Made by a program: the position numbers and the translations under genes
Assembly (NCBI GenBank): GCA_020428645.1
Contig: JAGQMN010000001.1
Span: 532-64,531 of the forward strand
Origin: Patescibacteria group bacterium
Lineage (GTDB): Bacteria; Patescibacteriota; Minisyncoccia; Phycocordibacterales; UBA1006
DNA: 64,000 nucleotides
Direction of reading: 5' to 3'
Shown here: piece by piece, positions 1 to 9,801 of the stretch
Layout: the number at the start of each line of letters is the position of its first letter
Position numbering within the stretch: the stretch's first letter is position 1
Notes under the pieces: model-generated
Seen by the model: only the letters and a program-made list of their open reading frames with translations
The model's database searches: none
What the model was told of the DNA's origin: nothing

Positions 1-1564
1 TACCCACGCAACCTTTTTCGAGATGCTCGGTAACTGGTCGCTTGGTGATTATTTTAAGCGTGAAGCGATCACATGGTCGTGGGAGTTTTTGACTGACACA
101 ACCGAAGGTCTTGGTCTTGACCCTCACCGTCTCTATGTAACGGTTTTTGCAGGGAACGACATGGTAGAACGTGATGACGAAGCCGTTCAAATTTGGAAAG
201 AGTTCATTCCTGAACATCGCATCTACTACCGTGACTCCAAAGATAACTGGTGGACTGCAGGTCCAAACTCACCAGCAGGACCATCAACTGAGATGTTTTA
301 CGATATGACAGGTCACCTTGGGGATTTATCACCCAAAGAATTTGAACAGGCTGATGAGCAACAACAACTTGTTGAGATTTGGAATGATGTTTTCATGGCG
401 TATCGCCAAGAGGGAGGTGAGGTAGTTGGACAATTACCACAAAAAAATGTTGATACTGGAGCAGGACTCGAACGGGTTACTGCGGTGATGCAAGGGACGA
501 CGAATATTTTTGATACCGACCTCTTCTTGCCACTTCTCAATATTATTAAAGAACATGCTGGTAGCTACAACGATCGTGATGCACGTATTATTGCTGATCA
601 CATTAAAACTGCTGTATTTCTGATTAACGACGGAGTGGTGATTTCAAACACGGGTCGTGGGTACGTCTTGCGGCGAATTCTTCGGCGCGCGTACCAATCT
701 CTTGAAAGTATTGAATGTTCTGAGTCGATCATTTCACAATTGATTCATGCGGTTATTGAAATGTACCGAGATTTATATTTCAAAGATGTCAACGAGAAAC
801 AAATTGCTGTTAAGATTAAAATTGTTGCAACTGAGATGGACAAGATTATCAAAATCATCAAGCGTGGGGTAGCGATTTTCAAGAAGATTAAAGATGATCC
901 GAATACCATTATTACGGGGAAATTTTTAATGGATCTCGAACAGACGCACGGATTACCGCTCCAAATCTCACAGAAACTTGCAAAACAATTTGGTATTCAG
1001 ATTTCTGACCAGGCACTCGCTGAATGTGAACAACTACGTACTGAACACCAGGCGTTGTCACGACAAGGAGCTGAACAAAAATTCAAAGGTGGGCTTGAAA
1101 AAGATACTCCAAAAATTCGTGCACTGCATACAGCAACGCACCTCATGCTCGCTGGGTTACGCAAGGAGCTCGGTCCCGATGTACACCAAAAGGGATCAAA
1201 CATTACCGAAGAACGCAGTCGTTTTGATTTCACCTACGGAGAAAAAGTGCCAGAAGAAGTTCTGAGACGTGTTGAGCAATACGTTAATGATGCTATTGCA
1301 ACGAATGCTAAAATGGGTGTGCAGTTGATGGCGAAAGACAAGGCAAAGAACAGTGATGTCGTTGGTTCGTTCTGGGAGAAGTATCCCGACACCGTAAAGG
1401 TATGGACGATTTCAGATAAGAGTGGAAATATCTACTCACGCGAACTCTGTGGAGGTCCACATGTTGAAGAGCTATCAGAAATTGCACAATTTGGAATGTT
1501 CAAAATTACCAAAGAAGAGTCATCTTCGGCAGGTGTTCGCCGAATTAAGGCGGTGCTTGAATGA
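1..1564 (+). CDS. alaS: Alanyl-tRNA synthetase, 3' portion (5' end lies outside the window; reading frame begins at nt 2)
   Basis: The frame is open from the window edge. It carries the catalytic-core motif FEMLGNWSLGDYFK, the editing-domain HTATHLM motif and the C-terminal CGGPHV motif. The stop codon is at 1562-1564. Confidence 0.85.
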   Translation, partial: THATFFEMLGNWSLGDYFKREAITWSWEFLTDTTEGLGLDPHRLYVTVFAGNDMVERDDEAVQIWKEFIPEHRIYYRDSKDNWWTAGPNSPAGPSTEMFYDMTGHLGDLSPKEFEQADEQQQLVEIWNDVFMAYRQEGGEVVGQLPQKNVDTGAGLERVTAVMQGTTNIFDTDLFLPLLNIIKEHAGSYNDRDARIIADHIKTAVFLINDGVVISNTGRGYVLRRILRRAYQSLESIECSESIISQLIHAVIEMYRDLYFKDVNEKQIAVKIKIVATEMDKIIKIIKRGVAIFKKIKDDPNTIITGKFLMDLEQTHGLPLQISQKLAKQFGIQISDQALAECEQLRTEHQALSRQGAEQKFKGGLEKDTPKIRALHTATHLMLAGLRKELGPDVHQKGSNITEERSRFDFTYGEKVPEEVLRRVEQYVNDAIATNAKMGVQLMAKDKAKNSDVVGSFWEKYPDTVKVWTISDKSGNIYSRELCGGPHVEELSEIAQFGMFKITKEESSSAGVRRIKAVLE

Positions 1565-1599
1565 CAAAACCACGTAGCTAGGTGATTTTGTGATAAAAT

Positions 1600-2442
1600 A
1601 TGCTTGTGAACATGCTATTTATTATTCAACTTATTTCTTCATTTCTGGTTGGTGGGGGAATGGTTGCATTACTTTCCTTTATTGCAGAAAGGGTGCATAA
1701 AAATATATCTGGTATTATTTTGGCCTTTCCAACAACCCTCGCACTTGGTTTTTTCTTTTTAGGTTGGGTAACATCTTCAGAGGAAGTAGCAAGTATTGTT
1801 CCTACAATACTTTTCCCTTTAGGCTTAAGTGTATTATTTGTAATGACTTATTCTTATCTTGCTTTCTTTCTTAGAGTAAAAATTCAGGACAAAATATTTC
1901 AAATTGTATGTACACTATTCTTTAATACTATTGTTTGGTTTACCTTAACTGTTTTGATTATTAATTTAGAGATAACTAGTTTATTGTTTGGTTCTATATT
2001 TTATTTGTTCTTAGTTATAGTTAGCCACAAGCTACTTCATTTGAAGAATTTTTATAAACCAGTGAGTATCAAATATACATCAAAACAAAGGTTAATCAGA
2101 ATGATTTCTGCTGGTTTTGTGTTGCTTATTGTTGTCTTATTTGCAAAAATACTAGGTCCGGTATGGGGAGGAGTGCTAGCTCTCTTTCCAATTGCTTTTT
2201 CTATTATGATGGTAATAATACATTATCAGTACGGAGTGACTGCACTTTTTCCAAGTATGCAAAAAGCACCTTTAGGTTCTTTTTCATTATTTTTTTACGC
2301 TATTACTGCAATGCTTGTATTTCCTTCTGTGGGGTTTATTATAGGTACAATTATTTCTTATTTAGTAAGTATTATTGTTACCATCATTCTTGTTTATATT
2401 CAAAAAATAATAAACAAAACCAGGTATGTGGGCGACCAATAG
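1600..2442 (+). CDS. Hypothetical polytopic membrane protein (280 aa)
   Basis: Long ORF that is hydrophobic throughout with multiple predicted TM helices. No motif I recognise. Confidence 0.5.
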   Translation: MLVNMLFIIQLISSFLVGGGMVALLSFIAERVHKNISGIILAFPTTLALGFFFLGWVTSSEEVASIVPTILFPLGLSVLFVMTYSYLAFFLRVKIQDKIFQIVCTLFFNTIVWFTLTVLIINLEITSLLFGSIFYLFLVIVSHKLLHLKNFYKPVSIKYTSKQRLIRMISAGFVLLIVVLFAKILGPVWGGVLALFPIAFSIMMVIIHYQYGVTALFPSMQKAPLGSFSLFFYAITAMLVFPSVGFIIGTIISYLVSIIVTIILVYIQKIINKTRYVGDQ

Positions 2443-2484
2443 GTTTAGCCTCTATGTGGTTTTGTTTTATGCTACAATAACAGC

Positions 2485-2820
2485 ATGAACATCAACGCTA
2501 AAAAGTTGTTTGAATTGTTTCTCACACTCATGATTTTTTACGGTGTGTACTCACTATTTGATCGAGCTGCGCCAATTCTCGTTACAGAACCAAAGACCTT
2601 GTGGGTCGTTGTTCTCAGTTTGGTTGTATCAGGACTTCTCCTTCTCCTGTACGCTACTATGGTATCTTCGGGTGCACGTAAACAGTTGCAACACCGCGTG
2701 TCTGAACTTGAAGATGAACTTGAAACCAAAGAAGCCGAACTTCAGAATGCGTTTAAGGTAAAGCGTGTTGTTGAAGAAGAAGCAGAGGCCTCAATCCTCA
2801 AGGAAGAATCAAACGGCTAG
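2485..2820 (+). CDS. Hypothetical small membrane protein with C-terminal coiled coil (111 aa)
   Basis: Two hydrophobic helices followed by an E/K-rich heptad-like tail (ELEDELETKEAELQNAF). Confidence 0.45.
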   Translation: MNINAKKLFELFLTLMIFYGVYSLFDRAAPILVTEPKTLWVVVLSLVVSGLLLLLYATMVSSGARKQLQHRVSELEDELETKEAELQNAFKVKRVVEEEAEASILKEESNG

Positions 2821-2824
2821 TTGT

Positions 2825-3976
2825 ATGTCACAAAAAATTACTACAATTGAACACTACATTCTGTTTGATATTGATAGTGCGAGTATCGGTGGTGCTGTTG
2901 TACGTCACAGCAAGAATGCACGCGGTGATCTTGTTGAAAGCAAAGAGCTATTTTCTGTAAGAAAACCTATTACTAATGGAGAACCATATTCATTTGAACG
3001 CTTTTTTGAGAAAACTATTACAACATTAACATCAGTAGCAGATGAAGTGCATCTCCAAGCGTTGCTACCGATTTCTCAGGTGTACGTAAATGTTTCGACT
3101 CCATGGATGAGCAGTCAGAAACGTGTTGTACACCATGCACAGAAGAAGCCATACACCTTTACCCAAGAACTCGCTAATGCGATGGTTGTAGAAAGTACTG
3201 ATCAGACACACCATCACACTAGTAGTGCGTACCACGACCACACGGTTGAACTGATTGATAATCGTGTCATTGATGTGTACGCACATGGATACCCGGTACG
3301 TAATCCAATTGGTAAAGAACTCACCGAAGTCGATGTGCACATACTGGCGAGCGTTATGTCCGCAACAACTAAACAAGCCTTCACAGAAACGATACAATCA
3401 GTGTTTCATCATGAACCTGTGTATCTTTCAAATACTTTTGTGAACTATCAAACGACACTCGAATTACTCCCTGATACGAATAATAGTATTATTGTTGATA
3501 TGAGCGGGGAAGTAACTGATGTGCTCGTGGTACGCAATGATCACCTTGATCACATTGGATCTCTCCCTGTTGGTCTACACCACATGGTGCGCTCGCTCGC
3601 TGATCAATTACACGTTCCCTATGCAAAAGCACGATCACTCTTGAAACTCTCGCCTATACAGCACCTTGATGATGGGTACGTAGCATCACTCATACCTGCA
3701 TACACCACTGCGTTTAAGGTATGGTTCACAGCATTTTTTGATCTTCTCGATGAGTATGCCAAACATGGGATACTCAGCAATACCATTGTGTTAAAGGCAG
3801 ATGCTCAGTACGTAGCCTGGATTCAGGAACAATTACTCTCGTACGATCAATTACAAGAACACATGCACGCAGGTGCACGTCCTGAAATTATTACGCTCTT
3901 TCAAGCTCACGATACCACTTGTTTTCACGATAAAGAACTCGGTGTTTTTGATACGCTCATTGAAGAGTCAGCATAA
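2825..3976 (+). CDS. Hypothetical protein with an actin-like ATPase fold (PilM/FtsA-like)
   Basis: N-terminal motif HYILFDIDSASIGGAVV resembles the phosphate-1 loop of the actin/Hsp70 fold, and an internal IIVDMSGEVTDVLVV resembles the phosphate-2 loop. Start chosen at the ATG at 2825, just after the upstream stop. Confidence 0.4.
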   Translation: MSQKITTIEHYILFDIDSASIGGAVVRHSKNARGDLVESKELFSVRKPITNGEPYSFERFFEKTITTLTSVADEVHLQALLPISQVYVNVSTPWMSSQKRVVHHAQKKPYTFTQELANAMVVESTDQTHHHTSSAYHDHTVELIDNRVIDVYAHGYPVRNPIGKELTEVDVHILASVMSATTKQAFTETIQSVFHHEPVYLSNTFVNYQTTLELLPDTNNSIIVDMSGEVTDVLVVRNDHLDHIGSLPVGLHHMVRSLADQLHVPYAKARSLLKLSPIQHLDDGYVASLIPAYTTAFKVWFTAFFDLLDEYAKHGILSNTIVLKADAQYVAWIQEQLLSYDQLQEHMHAGARPEIITLFQAHDTTCFHDKELGVFDTLIEESA

Positions 3977-3991
3977 GAACGTAATACTGGT

Positions 3992-5305
3992 ATGGATGGC
4001 ATCAGAAGAAAAAATGGACAACCCGTTACAAGAACGAAGGACACTCGTTCTTTTTCACCTGATACTATTGTGCCCATAGAAAAAAAAGTACATGATGAAT
4101 ATCATAATAGTGAACAACAATCACACACACCTCGTCATTCGCGTGTACATGTACATACAACTCTTCAGCACATATATAAACGAGGTATCCGTTCGAAATG
4201 GTTTCGAAGAATACTGTTTGCGTTCCTGGTATGGGGTGTTATGGGATTCATCATTGGAGCAAACAATCGTACTAAGGTAACGATTCGTCCTCACATCGAG
4301 TACCTCGATCTCAATGAACAAGTAACTGTGTATCGATATCCACAGGAAGATCAGCTTGGTTTTGAGGTGATTGCTATAAGCGATGAAGTTTCTATCCCGG
4401 TTATTGCATCAGGAGAACGTCCTGTGTCTCGATACGCACAAGGTACGGTCACTATTTACAATGATTACAGTACAGAACCGCAACGTCTCTTACCAGAAAC
4501 ACGGTTTACGTCAGCGAGTGGTAAAGTATTTGTTCTTGGCAGTGAGGAGGTCATTATTCCTGGAAAAACAGATAGTCCTGGTACCGTGACAGCTATCCTC
4601 TATGCAACAGAACCAGGTGATGCCTACAATATTGATAGTACTGATTTTACGCTTCCAGGATTTGAAGAAGCAGGACTCACCGACAAGTACAACAGCATCT
4701 ATGCATTTTCGAGTACTCGGTTTGAGGGAGGGTTTACCGGTACTGAACCGTACGTAACCCCTGAACAAGTTGTTTCAGTGAATACTGAACTTGAACAAGA
4801 ACTCCGTGATCGACTTACTGTGCGACTCGTCAACGAGAAGACTAATGCGCTCATGTTGATTGATGGTAGTACTCGTGTAACACACGAGGATGTGTCGACT
4901 ATTTTTGATGATGAAAGTGCTACTGGACTCATGACATTACGTGGGACGATTATTGGTCTTGGTATCGGACGTGAACACCTTCTCAATTTTTTGGTGTCAC
5001 GGACGTTTAATTATCAATTTGTTGACCTTGTGACACTTGGTAACCTATCTATGTCATTACCGGTTCAGGATGTTAATTTTGAAACAGTATCTTCAATTCC
5101 CGTTACCATGATGGGTGCACCACTCTTTGAGTGGGTACTCGATGAATCAGATATAGCAACGTGGCTCACATCAGTGCCACGTGGTGAACTGGTGAATCAA
5201 CTACGTACACATAACGGTATTGATAGAGCTGAGGTTACCATACGACCACCGTGGCGTGGTCGTACCTCAGACGATGCAACCGATATCATTGTAACGTTTA
5301 ATTAA
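3992..5305 (+). CDS. Hypothetical single-pass membrane protein with a large extracytoplasmic domain (437 aa)
   Basis: Basic N-terminal region, one TM helix (ILFAFLVWGVMGFIIGA), then a long soluble domain. No motif I recognise. Confidence 0.5.
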   Translation: MDGIRRKNGQPVTRTKDTRSFSPDTIVPIEKKVHDEYHNSEQQSHTPRHSRVHVHTTLQHIYKRGIRSKWFRRILFAFLVWGVMGFIIGANNRTKVTIRPHIEYLDLNEQVTVYRYPQEDQLGFEVIAISDEVSIPVIASGERPVSRYAQGTVTIYNDYSTEPQRLLPETRFTSASGKVFVLGSEEVIIPGKTDSPGTVTAILYATEPGDAYNIDSTDFTLPGFEEAGLTDKYNSIYAFSSTRFEGGFTGTEPYVTPEQVVSVNTELEQELRDRLTVRLVNEKTNALMLIDGSTRVTHEDVSTIFDDESATGLMTLRGTIIGLGIGREHLLNFLVSRTFNYQFVDLVTLGNLSMSLPVQDVNFETVSSIPVTMMGAPLFEWVLDESDIATWLTSVPRGELVNQLRTHNGIDRAEVTIRPPWRGRTSDDATDIIVTFN

Positions 5306-5384
5306 TTGATATTCTTTAGGGCAGCAGAAAGGCTCTTTACTTGTTGACTAAAATATGCTTTCTGCTAATATGTGCCCCATCGCA

Positions 5385-5630
5385 ATGAGCACAGGTGAAA
5401 AGAACACAAAAGTTGGCGTAGTGGTGGAAAATCTTCCGAATACCATGTTTCGCGTTCAGTTTGAAGATGATGAACGAACATCTTTGACTCCAGAAGAGAT
5501 CAAAGAACTTCCGATTGTCACACTCGCTGGAAAGATGAAATTATACCGTATTAGAATTCTTGTTGGTGATACAGTAGAAGTACTACTGGATCCATACGGA
5601 GGGAAAGGCCGCATTATCAAAAGACTCTAA
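5385..5630 (+). CDS. infA: Translation initiation factor IF-1
   Basis: S1-like OB-fold signature VVVENLPNTMFRVQFEDD...RILVGDTVEVLLDPYGGKGRII. Typical position upstream of rpmJ and rpsM. Confidence 0.85.
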   Translation: MSTGEKNTKVGVVVENLPNTMFRVQFEDDERTSLTPEEIKELPIVTLAGKMKLYRIRILVGDTVEVLLDPYGGKGRIIKRL

Positions 5631-5697
5631 CAACCTACGGTATTTTTCTATGTCGCACGCTCATGAGACGTAGAACACCTTAAACATAATCGTCATT

Positions 5698-5811
5698 ATG
5701 AAAGTAAAATCATCAATTAAAAAGCGAAGTGCTGACGACAAAATTGTACGTCGCAAAGGACGCTTATATCTTATTAACAAGAAAAACCCACGAAACAAGG
5801 CACGACAGTAG
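5698..5811 (+). CDS. rpmJ: Ribosomal protein L36 (37 aa, variant without zinc-binding cysteines)
   Basis: Hand-translated as [37 protein letters not shown]. It sits in the canonical infA-rpmJ-rpsM position and is too short to appear in the ORF track. Confidence 0.8.
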   Translation: MKVKSSIKKRSADDKIVRRKGRLYLINKKNPRNKARQ

Positions 5812-5856
5812 TTTTTGCCTCTTTTGTAGTTTTAGTAATCGATACACACTATACGT

Positions 5857-6222
5857 ATGAGAATTTCAGGTATTACCATTCCAGATAATAAACAGCTCCA
5901 GTACGGACTCACTGTTCTGTACGGAATTGGGTTGTCAAAGGCGCAAGCCATTTGTGCACAAGCAGGTGTTAATCCTGTTACCAAAACCAAAGATGTCACC
6001 GAAGCCGATGAGCAGAAAGTTCGAGATGTTCTTGAAACCATGATGCTCGAAGGAGACCTCAAACGCGAAGTCAGTCAAAACATCAAACGATTGATTGACA
6101 TTGATTCGTACCGAGGAGGTCGACACACACGCAAGTTGCCAGGTCGAGGTCAACGAACAAAAACCAACAGTCGAACACGACGTGGAAACAAACGTGTCAC
6201 TATGGGTTCAGGAAAGAAATAA
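5857..6222 (+). CDS. rpsM: Ribosomal protein S13
   Basis: MRISGITIPDNKQLQYGLTVLYGIGLSKA is the conserved S13 N-terminus, and the C-terminal tail is basic. Confidence 0.9.
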   Translation: MRISGITIPDNKQLQYGLTVLYGIGLSKAQAICAQAGVNPVTKTKDVTEADEQKVRDVLETMMLEGDLKREVSQNIKRLIDIDSYRGGRHTRKLPGRGQRTKTNSRTRRGNKRVTMGSGKK

Positions 6223-6232
6223 TTAACGATAT

Positions 6233-6667
6233 ATGGGAAAGAAAAGAATTGTAAAACAAAAAGGACGTACCATGGACAAGAACCTTAAATCTCGTTCATT
6301 GTCACGTGTCCCAAAAAAGAAGCTTGCTAAGGCAATCTTGCACGTTCAGTCAACGTACAACAATACCAAGGCACTTGTTACCGATCTTGATGGAAACGCA
6401 ATTATGTTTTCATCATCGGGTTCTCTTGGATTCAAGGGAGCAAAGAAGGGCACCCCGTTTGCAGCAGCAAAAGTAGGGGAAGTACTCGGAGAGAAAGCTG
6501 CACTCATTGGTATCAAAGAAGTTGACGTTGTTGTTAAAGGTGTTGGTTCTGGTCGTGAATCAGCAGTACGAGGGTTTGTGTCTCACGGTATTGATATTAC
6601 CCGCATTCAGGATAAAACCCCTGTTCCATTTAATGGTCCGCGTGCACCAAAACCACGGCGCGTATAG
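6233..6667 (+). CDS. rpsK: Ribosomal protein S11
   Basis: Matches S11 over ...KKGTPFAAAKVGEVLGEKA...VVVKGVGSGRESAVRGF...ITRIQDKTPVPFNGPRAPKPRRV. Confidence 0.9.
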   Translation: MGKKRIVKQKGRTMDKNLKSRSLSRVPKKKLAKAILHVQSTYNNTKALVTDLDGNAIMFSSSGSLGFKGAKKGTPFAAAKVGEVLGEKAALIGIKEVDVVVKGVGSGRESAVRGFVSHGIDITRIQDKTPVPFNGPRAPKPRRV

Positions 6668-6675
6668 TAATAAGT

Positions 6676-7287
6676 ATGTCAAAGATTAAGAAATACAAAA
6701 TTGCACGTCGGCTTGGTTCTGGCGTATACGAAAAAACACAGGGACAAAAGTTCATGCTCTCTGAGCAGAAGCGATCAAAATCTCGTGCAGGACGTCCACG
6801 ACGACCAACGGATTACGGACTTTCATTGATTAAGAAACAACGTGTACGTTTTGCCTACGGTGTTTCTGAAAAACAATTCCGAAACTACGTGAACCACGCA
6901 ATGGATGCAGCGAAGTCAGGAAATGCTCCTTCAGAGGTACTCTTCAAGACGATTGAATCACGCTTTGATAATGTAGTGTATCGTTCAGGTATGGCAACTA
7001 CACGTGCGTTTGCCCGACAGTTAACCACCCATGGACACTTTCTCGTAAATGGTAAACGACTCGATGTGCCATCATACTTGATGAAGAAAGGAGATGTTAT
7101 TACCCTCCGCGAAGGAAGCAAAAATAAACCAGTGTTTACTGATTTGAGTGATCGCCTTGCTCAGGCAATCATCCCTGATTGGTTAACCGTCGATGTAAAG
7201 AATCAAACCGTTACCGTGAGTGGTGAACCTAAAAATCCTGACCCATTCTTCGACTTCCAATCAGTTATCGAGTTCTATAGTCGTTAG
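6676..7287 (+). CDS. rpsD: Ribosomal protein S4
   Basis: N-terminal KIARRLG, the S4 domain YRSGMATTRAFARQLTTHGHFLVNGKRLDVPSYLMKKGDVI, and the expected position before rpoA. Confidence 0.9.
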   Translation: MSKIKKYKIARRLGSGVYEKTQGQKFMLSEQKRSKSRAGRPRRPTDYGLSLIKKQRVRFAYGVSEKQFRNYVNHAMDAAKSGNAPSEVLFKTIESRFDNVVYRSGMATTRAFARQLTTHGHFLVNGKRLDVPSYLMKKGDVITLREGSKNKPVFTDLSDRLAQAIIPDWLTVDVKNQTVTVSGEPKNPDPFFDFQSVIEFYSR

Positions 7288-7342
7288 TACCACATGCGGT
7301 ATACCATTAACCACTTATTTATCATTAAACCCAAGCCTTATT

Positions 7343-8335
7343 ATGTTCCACCAAGACATTGTTCTCCCAAAAAAACTTAACGTCGTAGAAGAAGATGGTT
7401 CAAAAGGAATCTACGAGATTGAAGGGCTCTATCCAGGATACGGACACACCCTCGGTAACTCACTTCGTCGTATTATTCTTTCATCACTTCCTGGGGTATC
7501 TATTATTTCAGTTAAAATCAAAGGAGCTGATCATGAATTTGCTACACTTCCTGGTGTTAAGGAAGACGTACTGACCATTCTCTTGAATCTCAAAAAAGTA
7601 CGCTTCGCGTTGCATACCGAAGGTGAAGCAACGGTAACGTTGCATGCGAAGAATGTTGGTATCATTACTGCAAAAGACTTTGATACGACTGGAAACATCG
7701 AAGTGATGAATCCAGAGCAACACATTGCTGAAATTACTGCAAAATCTGGTTCACTCGAGATTGAACTTACGCTCGCAAAAGGTATCGGGTTTGTATCAAA
7801 AGAAGATTTCAGCGGAGATAAACCAGCTATCGGTACTATTCTCGTTGATGCAATCTTCAGTCCTATCCGCAAGGTAAACTACGAGGTTGAACACATGCGT
7901 GTTGGAGACCGAACCGACTATAACCTCTTGCGTATTAACCTTGAGACTGACGGTAGTATTTCAGCAAAAGAAGCACTTGAACAAGCACTCAAAATTATGA
8001 TTACTCAATTCAAGAGTATTCTTGATTTGAAACTGGTAGAAGAAGCACAACCAGTAATCACACAAAATGATACTGATGCTGGAATTGTGCGTGTTGAGTC
8101 ATCGGCTGTTGAAATTGACGAAGAAGAACGTGTTGAACTTTTGAAAACACGTATCGACACACTCGACTTTTCAACACGTACAGAAAAAGCACTTAATGAA
8201 GCGAGTATCCGAACACTCGGTGGACTCGTACAGAAATCATCTGATGATCTCCTTGAGCTCGATGGCTTTGGTCAAAAGAGTCTCGAAGAGGTTGAAGAAA
8301 CATTACACACATTCAAACTACGTTTGAAGGATTAA
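7343..8335 (+). CDS. rpoA: DNA-directed RNA polymerase alpha subunit
   Basis: YPGYGHTLGNSLRRIILSSLPG is the alpha N-terminal-domain signature, and the C-terminal domain has the LELDGFGQKSLEEV helix-hairpin-helix. Start placed at the internal ATG at 7343 rather than the longer ORF start at 7220. Confidence 0.9.
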   Translation: MFHQDIVLPKKLNVVEEDGSKGIYEIEGLYPGYGHTLGNSLRRIILSSLPGVSIISVKIKGADHEFATLPGVKEDVLTILLNLKKVRFALHTEGEATVTLHAKNVGIITAKDFDTTGNIEVMNPEQHIAEITAKSGSLEIELTLAKGIGFVSKEDFSGDKPAIGTILVDAIFSPIRKVNYEVEHMRVGDRTDYNLLRINLETDGSISAKEALEQALKIMITQFKSILDLKLVEEAQPVITQNDTDAGIVRVESSAVEIDEEERVELLKTRIDTLDFSTRTEKALNEASIRTLGGLVQKSSDDLLELDGFGQKSLEEVEETLHTFKLRLKD

Positions 8336-8347
8336 TCACACAGTACT

Positions 8348-8701
8348 ATGAGACATGGAAGAAAAAATCGAAAATTTGGACGAAAAGCAAATGTACGCCG
8401 TGGTTTTATTCGTTCGCTTGCGATTGCACTGATTACTCACGGAAGTATCAAAACCACTGAGGCACGTGCAAAAGAATTGCGCCCGTACATTGAAAAATTG
8501 ATCACCACAGCACGTGGTGGTGAGATTGCAACGCGTCGTCTGATTGCTGCACGTCTTGGTAACCAAGAAACATTAGCTAACAAGCTCGTTGATGAGATCG
8601 CACCAACCTACGTTGATCGCGATGGTGGGTATACCCGTATTACGAAATTGCCACAGCGGCAAGGTGATGGGAGTCCAATGGCTGTTATTGAATTTGTATA
8701 A
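8348..8701 (+). CDS. rplQ: Ribosomal protein L17
   Basis: MRHGRKNRKFGRKANVRRGFIRSLAIALITHGSIKTT is the conserved L17 N-terminus. Confidence 0.9.
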   Translation: MRHGRKNRKFGRKANVRRGFIRSLAIALITHGSIKTTEARAKELRPYIEKLITTARGGEIATRRLIAARLGNQETLANKLVDEIAPTYVDRDGGYTRITKLPQRQGDGSPMAVIEFV

Positions 8702-8706
8702 GAACT

Positions 8707-9069
8707 ATGACAACACAGACAGAAACAAAGGAATACGTATTCGATGCTGCTGGGGGAAGCCTCGGTCGTCTTTCATCTGAAATTGCCATGATTCTACGAG
8801 GTAAAAATGAACCAACATTCACACCAAATGTTGCACCTAATGTACGTGTAGTGGTGAATAATGCATCACAGGTTGAATTAAACGATTCACAACTCAAAGA
8901 TGTGTACACACGGTATTCAGGATATCCTGGGGGATTAACGCATGAGTCACGAGAGCACCTTATCGACCGCAAGGGATACCGTGAGGTATTTGAAAAGGCA
9001 GTGTACGGTATGCTACCAAACAATAAATTACGAGCAGTAATGATGAAGAATCTCATCATCAATGAATAA
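8707..9069 (+). CDS. rplM: Ribosomal protein L13
   Basis: L13 signature KEYVFDAAGGSLGRLSSEIAMILRGKNEPTFTPNV. Confidence 0.9.
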   Translation: MTTQTETKEYVFDAAGGSLGRLSSEIAMILRGKNEPTFTPNVAPNVRVVVNNASQVELNDSQLKDVYTRYSGYPGGLTHESREHLIDRKGYREVFEKAVYGMLPNNKLRAVMMKNLIINE

Positions 9070-9071
9070 CT

Positions 9072-9470
9072 ATGGCAGATAAACAATACTTTGCGGCTAT
9101 TGGCCGCCGAAAAAATGCTACCGCTCAGGTTCGTTTGACTCCAGATGCAAAAATGACCTACGTGATTAATGATCGACCACTTGATGATTACTTTTCTGTT
9201 GAAGAGTTTCAGAAGGTAGTTCGTTCACCATTCACTAGGGTTGAAACTAAAGACCAATTCACCGTATCAGTAGTAGTACGTGGTGGGGGAATCTCTGCAC
9301 AGGCAGACGCAATTCGTCATGGTATTGCTCGAGCACTCGAAGAATACAATGGTGAATTACGTGGGGCGCTCAAGTCAGCTGGATACCTCAAACGTGATCC
9401 ACGAAGTAAGGAACGAAAGAAACCAGGATTGCGCAAAGCCCGCAAGCGTCCAGCATGGAGCAAGCGTTAG
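9072..9470 (+). CDS. rpsI: Ribosomal protein S9
   Basis: YFAAIGRRKNATAQVRL...GGGISAQADAIRHGIARAL, ending in the basic ...RKARKRPAWSKR tail. Confidence 0.9.
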   Translation: MADKQYFAAIGRRKNATAQVRLTPDAKMTYVINDRPLDDYFSVEEFQKVVRSPFTRVETKDQFTVSVVVRGGGISAQADAIRHGIARALEEYNGELRGALKSAGYLKRDPRSKERKKPGLRKARKRPAWSKR

Positions 9471-9473
9471 TAT

Positions 9474-9504
9474 AAAAAAGCATCGTTCTCGATGTTTTTT
9501 GTTA
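9474..9504 (+). terminator. Putative intrinsic terminator after rpsI
   Basis: Hairpin aaaaagcatcg-ttct-cgatgtttttt followed by a T-run. Confidence 0.4.
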
Positions 9505-9510
9505 TAATGA

Positions 9511-9801
9511 ATGTATATGAAAACTGAAAAAAACCATCAAAAAAATGAATCATTCTTTCAACATGCAAAACACGTTGAACATGATATTGAACAAAAAGTA
9601 GTAACGGTACAAAAAAATGTTGTTCACCGTTTTCCGTTTATTTTTCTCGGACTCTCTACCTTTGGAGGAGTTGCCGTATTCTATGGCTTTGAAAAGATTA
9701 TCGACCGAACGCCATTTTTAGCTGATCAACCACTTGCAATTTTACTTTCAGGATTTCTTATCTTGGTGCTTACCGGTGCGTTGTATCGAAAGTTAAACTA
9801 A
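9511..9801 (+). CDS. Hypothetical small membrane protein (96 aa, 2 TM)
   Basis: Two hydrophobic helices. Ends adjacent to the next membrane-protein ORF. Confidence 0.4.
   Translation: MYMKTEKNHQKNESFFQHAKHVEHDIEQKVVTVQKNVVHRFPFIFLGLSTFGGVAVFYGFEKIIDRTPFLADQPLAILLSGFLILVLTGALYRKLN

Noticed and set aside
7220-7342. Longer rpoA ORF starting at 7220
   Set aside because: The upstream 41 codons are low-complexity S/T/L-rich, and the conserved rpoA N-terminus begins at the internal ATG at 7343, right after the rpsD stop.
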